Source: an uncultured beta proteobacterium
Lineage (GTDB): Bacteria > Pseudomonadota > Gammaproteobacteria > Burkholderiales > SG8-39
DNA length: 64,000 nt
Assembly (NCBI GenBank): GCA_963789885.1
Contig: CAWBNB010000049.1
Span: 65,304 to 129,303 of the forward strand
Direction of reading: 5' to 3'
Both the position numbers and the translations under genes were made by a program. The first letter of the stretch is position 1, and the number at the start of each line of letters is the position of its first letter. The notes beneath the pieces were generated by a model that was given only the letters and a program-made list of their open reading frames with translations, was not told the DNA's origin and did no database searches. Shown one piece after another: positions 55,802 through 64,000 of this stretch.

Positions 55802-56729
55802 CTAGTACCCGCGCTCGAGATCGACCACGCCGGTCACCGGTTCGCCCGCGCTCGAGCCGTTCGATCTTGTCCGCGACCTGCGCGACCGAGTCCTCGACCA
55901 TGGTCAGCGCCGAGCAGTGCGGCGTCAGGAAGACGCGCGGATGCGACCAGAAGCGGTGCGACGCGGGTAGCGGCTCCTCGCGGAACACGTCGAGCGTCGC
56001 GCCGGCCAGCTGCCCTTCGTCGAGGAGCGCGAGGAGATCGTCGTCGACCACCAGGCCGCCGCGCGCGACGTTGACGACGTACGCGCCGCGCGGCAGCTTG
56101 CCGAGTGTCGTGCGATTCAGCAGGCCCGCCGTCTCGGGCGTGAGCGGCAGCAGGCACACGAGCGCCTGAACGCCCGCGAGGAACGCTGGCAGCTCCGTCC
56201 CGCCGGCGAAGGTCCGCACGCCGTCGACCGACTTCGCGCTCGCGCTCCAGCCCCACACCGGGAAGCCGAGCGCGATCATCGCCTGCGCAACCCTCGCGCC
56301 GAGGACACCGAGCCCCATCACGCCGACGGTGAACGACTCGTGCCGGCGCGGCCGGTGCACCTTCCACTCGGCCCGCGCCTGTTGCCCGGCGTACTCGTCG
56401 AGGCGGCGGAAATAGCGGAGCACCGCCCACCCGACGTACTCGTCCATCTGCGGGCCCATGCCGGCGTCCTCGAGGCGGACGAGCGGCACACCCGGCGGAA
56501 CGGTCAGCGCCTTGAGCGTCCCGTCGACGCCGGCGCCGAGGTTGAACGCGGCCTTGAGCCGCGTCTGCCCGTCGAGCAGCTCGCGTGGCGGGTACCAGAA
56601 CGCAGCGTAGTCCGCCTGCCACACCGGCCCGGGCGCCCACGCGTGCAACTGCGCCTGCGGCAGCGCGCGCGCGAACGCCGCGTGCCACTCATCGGCGTTT
56701 TTCGAGGGAATGTAGAGAAGGACTTTCAA
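55802..56729 (-). pseudogene. D-isomer-specific 2-hydroxyacid dehydrogenase (GhrA-like glyoxylate/hydroxypyruvate reductase) with a +1 frameshift 15 codons before the stop
   Basis: This is the N-terminal 295 aa of track ORF 54669..56729 (MKVLLYIPS...GVMGLGVLG...VNVARGG...TPHCSA...DKIERLERG). Skipping one base at ~55842-55848 gives EPVTGVVDLERGY-TAG. Confidence 0.75.
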
Positions 56730-56770
56730 GGATCCGAGGCGAACGCTTCAAGGATTGCGTTTGACGGCCC

Positions 56771-58768
<1,998 letters not shown>

Positions 58769-58860
58769 CGGTCGGTCCGCGACAGCCGGGGACGCTAGGC
58801 GCGGCGAGCGTATCACAGCCGACTCTCCACCCTGGCGGGTGGTCTGATCGGTCGACCGGG

Positions 58861-59301
58861 TCAGCCCTTGAGCCTTACACGGGCAAACACGCCCTCGCGC
58901 GAGAGCGTGTAGATGAACGGCCCAGGCTGGCGACCCGCTCTCGTGACCATGCCGGGCAGCGCGGCGACGAAGATCTGGGCCATCTCCTCACCCGTGAGCC
59001 CTTGCTGAGTCAGGAAGAAGGCCTTGACGTTCGCCGACCGCAGCGCCTCCCGCTCAAACGCGTCCCGCCGGATGCGCGCATCTTTGGACAGGACCACCCA
59101 GCCCCGGTCGCCCATGGCCGCGAGCCATTGCACGTCCGGCGCATCGAGGTCGAAGTGGGTATCGTGAATCTCGACCTGAGCCCCGGCCGCGCGGAGCGCC
59201 TCGGCGATCACCCGGCCGCCCAGACTCCGGTCGATGAAGAAGACGAGAGAGGCGAGCCGCTCGGCGTCACGCCGCGAGCGGGAGCTCGCAGCGGACGACA
59301 T
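58861..59301 (-). CDS. PIN-like (Mut7-C/DUF5615-type) putative toxin
   Basis: Track ORF of 146 aa. It shows LVFFIDRSLGGRVIAEALRAAGAQVE...WVVLSKDARIRR. It overlaps the upstream DUF433 gene by 35 nt. Confidence 0.55.
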   Translation of the reverse strand: MSSAASSRSRRDAERLASLVFFIDRSLGGRVIAEALRAAGAQVEIHDTHFDLDAPDVQWLAAMGDRGWVVLSKDARIRRDAFEREALRSANVKAFFLTQQGLTGEEMAQIFVAALPGMVTRAGRQPGPFIYTLSREGVFARVRLKG

Positions 59302-59965
59302 CCTCGATCTCCGCGGACGAACGGCCGTAGTCGGCGGCGAGCGACTCGATGCGCTCGCCTGCGCTGAAGCGCTCGATCAATACTTCGGTGCGGATGCCGG
59401 TGCCGTCGAGAACGGGGCGACCGAACCCGATCCTCGGATCGATGACGACGACGCCGCGGGCGACGGACGGAGCCTTGCGGGGCAACAGATACAGCTTCAT
59501 CGGCACACCCTTGGTGTCCCGCTCTACGCAGCGGAGATGCGCCCGGATCAGCTCCCTCATCTCAATCTGACCATCGCGCGAGATGTTGAGGATCTCGCCG
59601 AACTTCTCGACGAAGAGATCCACGCCATTCGTCTGAAACTGATGGTCGGCGAGAGGATGGGCCGTCGGGAAATGACGCTTCAGGAATCCCACCGCCCGCC
59701 TGACCTGCTGGAGCCGGACTCTGTGCGCGCGCGTGATAGCCGCGAGCACGAAGAGCTCGACCAGGTTGATGAAAGAGAGCCGACGGAATTTACGATCGGC
59801 CGCGCCGATCACCGGCTGAAACCACCGGTTCTCGCCCTTCCGGCGATAGGGCTGACCGAAGGCCCAAGCACGCACCGTCGATGCGGGCAGACGCAGGTAG
59901 TGAGCCGTCTCTGCCGCGGTATAGATCGGCGCCTCTCTAACATCCCCCGGTGAGGGCTTTGCCAT
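59267..59965 (-). CDS. DUF433-domain protein with an N-terminal MerR-like HTH extension (putative antitoxin/regulator)
   Basis: Internal ATG after ggggaagagag in track ORF 59267..60097. The sequence reads YTAAETAHYLRLPASTVRAWA, and the C-terminus is VVIDPRIGFGRPVLDGTGIRTEVLIERFSAGERIESLAADYG. Confidence 0.65.
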   Translation of the reverse strand: MAKPSPGDVREAPIYTAAETAHYLRLPASTVRAWAFGQPYRRKGENRWFQPVIGAADRKFRRLSFINLVELFVLAAITRAHRVRLQQVRRAVGFLKRHFPTAHPLADHQFQTNGVDLFVEKFGEILNISRDGQIEMRELIRAHLRCVERDTKGVPMKLYLLPRKAPSVARGVVVIDPRIGFGRPVLDGTGIRTEVLIERFSAGERIESLAADYGRSSAEIEDVVRCELPLAA

Positions 59966-60053
59966 CGTCTCTCTTCCCCGATTGCCGCTAGCTAGTCTAC
60001 CGGCCATCAGGCTTGCTACGTGAGCCTCATGACCGTTACCGAACGTAATGCAC

Positions 60054-60899
60054 CTAGCGCTTGCGCTTGGGGCTCTTCGTCCGCCTCTCGCCAGCACCGG
60101 AGCGGGATGATGCCTTTACCCACGCCGGCTTCCGCTTCTCGAGGAAGGAGCGGATCCCTTCCTTCCCCTCGTCCGACGCTCGTGCGGCGGCGATCCGCGT
60201 CGCGGTGTCCTTGATGAGGTCCGGCCCGAGCGGCTGTCCGCGGACGGATCGGATCAGGTCCTTCGTCGCGGTGTGCGCCGCGGGCGAGCCGAGGACCAGG
60301 TGCCCGAGGATCTGGTTGATGACGCCGTCGAGCTCCTCGTCCTGGGCGATCTCCTGCACGAAGCCGATGCGGTACGCCTCCGCCGCCTCGAACGGCTCCG
60401 CGGTGAGCATGTACCGGTAGGCGGCACGCTCGCCCATCGCCGCGATCACGTACGGGCTGATCGTCGCCGGGACGAGTCCGAGCTTCACCTCCGACAGGCA
60501 GAACTCGGCGCTCTGCCCCGCGACCGCGATGTCGCACGCGGCAACGAGCCCCATGCCGCCGGCGAACGCCGCGCCGTGCACGCGCGCGAGCGTCGGCTTC
60601 CTAACCGTGTGGATCGTGTGCAGCATATTGGCAAGCCCGAATGCGTCGTCGTAGTTCTGCTCGAACGTGTAGCCCGCCATCTTCTTCATCCAGTTCAGGT
60701 CGGCGCCGGCGCAGAACGCCTTGCCCTGTCCGGCGAGGATGATCGCGCGTACTGCGGCGTCCGCGTCGAGCGCGCGGAACGCCGCCGTGATCTCGGCGAT
60801 CATCGTCTCGTTGAACGCGTTCCTGATCTCGGGCCGGTTGAGCCATACGAGCGCGATGCCGGCCGGCGTCTTGTCCACCTTCAGGGTTTCGTAGGTCAT
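60054..60899 (-). CDS. Crotonase-family enoyl-CoA hydratase (methylglutaconyl-CoA hydratase-like)
   Basis: Track ORF of 281 aa. It shows LNRPEIRNAF, GQGKAFCAGADL, HGAAFAGGMGL and FLEKRKPAW. The last 20 aa (KASSRSGAGERRTKSPKRKR) are probably not native; see the findings. Confidence 0.85.
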   Translation of the reverse strand: MTYETLKVDKTPAGIALVWLNRPEIRNAFNETMIAEITAAFRALDADAAVRAIILAGQGKAFCAGADLNWMKKMAGYTFEQNYDDAFGLANMLHTIHTVRKPTLARVHGAAFAGGMGLVAACDIAVAGQSAEFCLSEVKLGLVPATISPYVIAAMGERAAYRYMLTAEPFEAAEAYRIGFVQEIAQDEELDGVINQILGHLVLGSPAAHTATKDLIRSVRGQPLGPDLIKDTATRIAAARASDEGKEGIRSFLEKRKPAWVKASSRSGAGERRTKSPKRKR

Positions 60900-61004
60900 G
60901 GCGGGCGGATGATACCGCGCGGTCGAGCGACGGTCCGTCGCAGAGGCGGAGCCTGCGAGAGGGTGAACAGCGCGCCGATCGGGTGCGCTGCGAGGCGCGC
61001 GGTC

Positions 61005-62168
61005 CTAATACGACTTCGGGAGCCCGAGCACCTTCTCCGCGATGAAGCAGAGGATGAGCTGCGGGCTCACCGGCGCGAGCCGCGGGATCCACGCTTCGCG
61101 GAGATAGCGCTCGACGTGATACTCCTTCGCGTAGCCCATGCCGCCGTGGGTGAGGATCGCGGTCTCGCAGGCGCGGAAGCCGACCTCCGCCGCGAAGTAC
61201 TTGGCGGCGTTCGCCTCGGCGCCGCACGGCTTCCCCGCGTCGTACAGTGAGGCGGCCTTGAACACCATCAGGTCGGCCGCCTCGAGCTCCACCCAGCACT
61301 TCGCGAGCGGGTGCTGGATCGCCTGGTTCTGCCCGATCGGCCGGTCGAACACGATGCGTTCATTCGCATACGCCGCAGCGCGCTTAAGCGCGACCCGTCC
61401 GAGCCCCACCGCTTCGGCGGCGATCAGGATGCGCTCGGGGTTCATGCCGTGCAGGATGTACTCGAAGCCCTTGCCCTCTTCGCCGATGCGGTCGGCCGCC
61501 GGTACGCGCAGGCCGTCGAAGAACACCTGGTTCGAGTCGACCGGCTTCCGACCCATCTTCTCGATCTCCCGCACCTCGACGAAGCGCCGGTCGAGGTCGG
61601 TGTAGAAGAGCGAGAGCCCCTGCGTGCCCCGCGCCTCCTCGAGCGGCGTCGTGCGCGCGAGCAGCAGCACCTTGGTCGCCACCTGCGCGGTCGAGATCCA
61701 GACCTTCTGCCCGGAGACGACGTAGTGGTCGCCCTCGCGCACCGCGCGCGTCTTGAGCTTGAGCGTGTTCAGCCCGACGTTGGGTTCGGTAACCGCGAAG
61801 CAGGCCTTGTCGCGCCCCGCGATCAGCGGCGGCAGCCACCGCCGCTTCTGCTCCTCGGTGCCGAAGACGACTGCAGGATGCAGCCCGAAGATATTCATGT
61901 GGATGGCGGAAGCACCCGAGAGGCCCGCGCCGGTGGCGGCGATCGTCTGCATCATCAGCGCCGCCTCGGTGATGCCGAGGCCCGCGCCGCCGTGCGCCTC
62001 GGGCATCGCGATGCCGAGCCAGCCGGCGTCCGCAAGCGCGCGGTGGAAGTCGTCCGGGAACCCGCCCTCGCGATCCTTGCGCAGCCAGTAGTCGGCGTCG
62101 AATGGCGCGCACAGGCGCGCGATCGCCTCGCGGATGCTTTCCTGCTCGGGGGTGAAGGAAAAGTCCAT
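61005..62168 (-). CDS. Acyl-CoA dehydrogenase
   Basis: Track ORF of 387 aa. It shows CFAVTEPNVGLN, GQKVWIS, QNQAIQHPLA and GGMGYAKEYHVERYLRE. Confidence 0.85.
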   Translation of the reverse strand: MDFSFTPEQESIREAIARLCAPFDADYWLRKDREGGFPDDFHRALADAGWLGIAMPEAHGGAGLGITEAALMMQTIAATGAGLSGASAIHMNIFGLHPAVVFGTEEQKRRWLPPLIAGRDKACFAVTEPNVGLNTLKLKTRAVREGDHYVVSGQKVWISTAQVATKVLLLARTTPLEEARGTQGLSLFYTDLDRRFVEVREIEKMGRKPVDSNQVFFDGLRVPAADRIGEEGKGFEYILHGMNPERILIAAEAVGLGRVALKRAAAYANERIVFDRPIGQNQAIQHPLAKCWVELEAADLMVFKAASLYDAGKPCGAEANAAKYFAAEVGFRACETAILTHGGMGYAKEYHVERYLREAWIPRLAPVSPQLILCFIAEKVLGLPKSY

Positions 62169-62169
62169 C

Positions 62170-62556
62170 TCAGGTCTTCGGCCGCACGACCTTCTCCGGC
62201 GACTCGCCGTAGGGCGGGGTGTAGATCACCAGCACCTTCGCCGGCGTCTCGCTCGTGACGGTGAAGACGTGCATCGCGTCGGGCGGGAAGTAGCACGCGT
62301 CGCCAGGGCCGAGCTCGCACCGCTCGCCGTTGACCTCGGCGAGCGCGGTGCCCTCGAGCATGTAGCAGACCTGCTCGATGCCCGGGTGCGCGTGGGGCAG
62401 TGCGCCCTGGCCGCGCTCGACGACTCCGAGCACGACCTCGACGCCCTGCGCACCTACGGTCTCCGGCCCGATCAGCCGGTGGTTCCTGGTGCCGGTGTGG
62501 TTCGCCGGGTGATAGTGCGGCACCTCGGCGCCGCGCACGAAATAGCGGTGCTTCAT
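62170..62556 (-). CDS. Cupin domain protein
   Basis: Internal ATG of track ORF 62170..62616. It reads MKHRYFVRGAEVPHYHP...GALPHAHPGIEQVCYMLEG...YFPPDAMHVF. Confidence 0.7.
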   Translation of the reverse strand: MKHRYFVRGAEVPHYHPANHTGTRNHRLIGPETVGAQGVEVVLGVVERGQGALPHAHPGIEQVCYMLEGTALAEVNGERCELGPGDACYFPPDAMHVFTVTSETPAKVLVIYTPPYGESPEKVVRPKT

Positions 62557-62619
62557 CGTGGGTTCCTCGCGTTCAAGCCGGGCCCGGGGTACGCGCAGCG
62601 GGGCGGGCCGGCGCACTGA

Positions 62620-63771
62620 CTACACCTCGAACCGCTTAGCCACTTCCTCCAGCATCACCTCGGTCGCGCCGCCGCCGATCGCGAGCACCCGCGCGTCGCG
62701 CACGAGCCGCTCGATCGGGCTCTCGCGCATGTAGCCCATCCCGCCGTGGAACTGCTGGCAGGCGTACATCACCTCGTTCGCGAGCTCGCCGCTGAGCGCC
62801 TTCAGGCCGGACACTTCGCGCACGGCGTCGCGCCCCTGGTCGGTGAGCCAGGCGCAATGGTAGAGGAGTTGCCGCGCCGCCTCGACCTTCGCGTCGAGCA
62901 TCGCGAGCCGCTGCCGGATGGCCTGTTTGTCGAAGAGCGTCGCGCCGAACGCCTTGCGGTTCATGACCCAGTCGAGCGCGAGCCCGAGCGCGGTCTGGCA
63001 GTGCCCGACCGCCATCGCCGCGAGCGCGATCCGCTCGGTCTGGAAGTTCCGCATGATCGCGTAGAAGCCGGCGTTCTCCTCGCCCAGCAGGTTGCCCGCC
63101 GGGATGCGGCAATCCTCGAACACGAGCTCCGCGGTGTCGGACGAGAGCCAGCCCTGCTTCTTCAGCGCGCGGCCGACGCGGAAGCCCGGCGTGCCCTTCT
63201 CGACGATGAAGATCGAGATCCCGCGCGATCCCTTGGCCTCTGGATCGGTCCGTGCCGCGACGAAGAAGAGATCGCCGTGCACCCCGTTGGTGATGAACAT
63301 CTTGGTGCCGTTCAGCGCCCACGAGTCGCCGTGACGGCGAGCGCGCATGCGGATCGACGCGACGTCGGAGCCCGCGTCGGCCTCGGTGACCGCGACCCCG
63401 GTCACCAGCTCGCCGGCGATGATCTTGCGGAGGTACTTCTCGAGCTGTGCCTTCGACCCGGCGCGCACGAGGTGCGGCGAGGCCATGTCGGTGTGGTCCA
63501 GCACCGTGATGACGAAGCCGCCGAACGTCGAGCGCGACAACGCCTCCTGGAACGCGACCGCGGTGACGTTGTCCGCCCCGGCGCCGCCATACTCCGGTGG
63601 ACAGGTGATGCCGAGTAGCCCAAGGCCGCCGAGCTTGCGGATCACCTCGCGCGGAACGTAACCCTGCTCCTCCCACCTCTCGCCGTGCGGCTCGACCTCC
63701 TCGGCGAGGAAGCGCGCGACGGTCTTGCGGAGCTCGGCGTGCTCGGGGCGGTCGTAGGCAGTCGGTTGCAT
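62620..63771 (-). CDS. Acyl-CoA dehydrogenase
   Basis: Track ORF of 383 aa. It shows GVAVTEADAGSDV, GTKMFITNG and QFHGGMGYMRESPIERLVRDARV. Confidence 0.85.
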   Translation of the reverse strand: MQPTAYDRPEHAELRKTVARFLAEEVEPHGERWEEQGYVPREVIRKLGGLGLLGITCPPEYGGAGADNVTAVAFQEALSRSTFGGFVITVLDHTDMASPHLVRAGSKAQLEKYLRKIIAGELVTGVAVTEADAGSDVASIRMRARRHGDSWALNGTKMFITNGVHGDLFFVAARTDPEAKGSRGISIFIVEKGTPGFRVGRALKKQGWLSSDTAELVFEDCRIPAGNLLGEENAGFYAIMRNFQTERIALAAMAVGHCQTALGLALDWVMNRKAFGATLFDKQAIRQRLAMLDAKVEAARQLLYHCAWLTDQGRDAVREVSGLKALSGELANEVMYACQQFHGGMGYMRESPIERLVRDARVLAIGGGATEVMLEEVAKRFEV

Positions 63772-63792
63772 GCAGCGACCCTACCGCGCCCT

Positions 63793-64000
63793 TCAGTCGA
63801 ACTGGGGTTCGATCGCGATCTCGGTCTTGACCGAGTTGGCGATGAAGCACTTCTCGTGCGCTTTCTCGTGCAGCGCGCGAACCTCCTCCGCCGTCGGCTG
63901 CCGGCCGTCGAAGGTCACCGCCGGCTGCAACCGCACGCGCGTGACCGCGAGCTTGCCCTCGGCGTTCTTCTCGAGCGCGCCGACCGCGTTGTCGACGTAG
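63793..64000 (-). CDS. OsmC/Ohr-family protein (partial; N-terminus beyond the window end)
   Basis: Not in the track because it runs off the window. Manual minus-strand translation gives YVDNAVGALEKNAEGKLAVTRVRLQPAVTFDGRQPTAEEVRALHEKAHEKCFIANSVKTEIAIEPQFD-stop. Confidence 0.6.
   Translation of the reverse strand, partial: YVDNAVGALEKNAEGKLAVTRVRLQPAVTFDGRQPTAEEVRALHEKAHEKCFIANSVKTEIAIEPQFD

Noticed and set aside
15837-55848. The possibility that the +1 breaks are programmed ribosomal frameshift sites.
   Set aside because: The six junctions share no common slippery or stall motif. They sit at unrelated positions in unrelated gene families, and those families are not known to use recoding. 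Insertion-type sequence error is the simpler explanation.
54669-56729. A 686-aa ORF spanning the dehydrogenase, HMG-CoA lyase and DUF1289 regions.
   Set aside because: Only the first ~295 aa (2-hydroxyacid dehydrogenase) and the last 72 aa (DUF1289) are protein-like. The middle is an alternative frame over the HMG-CoA lyase gene, reached through the +1 break at ~55845.

Overview
This is very GC-rich, tightly packed chromosomal DNA. It looks betaproteobacterial or Burkholderiales-like, inferred from three Bug/TctC-type receptors, two Liv-type ABC importers, and lig and liu catabolic genes. I can support about 63 protein-coding genes or gene remnants plus a few stem-loops and repeats. I found no rRNA, tRNA, CRISPR array, transposase, integrase or phage gene.

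Content in order:
- 1-2.7 kb: MoxR-like AAA+ ATPase, a VWA/HExxH protein and a small Gly-tailed protein.
- 2.9-13.3 kb: IclR-associated orphan catabolic cluster (FAD oxidoreductase, ThDP enzyme, cupin, Liv-type ABC importer with fused permease/ATPase genes, dienelactone hydrolase).
- 13.3-18.8 kb: ligI-ligJ-ligK lower protocatechuate/gallate 4,5-cleavage module with a Bug receptor and a LysR regulator.
- 18.9-22.7 kb: cytoplasmic PBP-like protein, Bug receptor, RidA-like protein, 3-hydroxyacyl-CoA dehydrogenase.
- 22.9-31.5 kb: acyl-CoA ligase / Liv-type ABC / PaaK-like ligase operon with unusual G-rich intergenic elements.
- 31.6-33.2 kb: DsbB pair and a small nucleotidyltransferase module.
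- 33.2-40.0 kb: Bug receptor, then a CoA-transferase/MaoC/CitE-like lyase/crotonase operon that ends in two tandem methyltransferase-fold paralogs with signal-like N-termini.
- 40.0-46.2 kb: SulP-STAS-cNMP permease and a small island (Cys-rich membrane protein, zinc-ribbon/Rossmann protein, Tat amidohydrolase with a His5 tail).
- 46.2-53.8 kb: rhomboid, OsmC, phosphoesterase, cNMP-binding protein, a large membrane-polyferredoxin/2Fe-2S/flavoprotein-reductase fusion with a coupled AdoMetDC-fold protein, amidohydrolase, SDR.
- 53.8-64 kb: leucine/isovalerate-type (liu-like) genes interrupted by a DUF433/PIN-like toxin-antitoxin-type insert.

The most striking technical observation is that at least six reading-frame breaks in five otherwise good genes are all single-base insertions. 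That argues for insertion-type sequencing error rather than gene decay.

The best candidates for unexplored biology are:
- the tandem exported methyltransferase-fold pair;
- the cNMP / polyferredoxin-reductase / AdoMetDC-fold operon;
- the MoxR-VWA-small-protein trio;
- the zinc-ribbon Rossmann protein coupled to the Tat amidohydrolase.

All family calls come from reading motifs by eye, with no searches run. Coordinates of small nucleotide motifs may be off by 1-2 nt.
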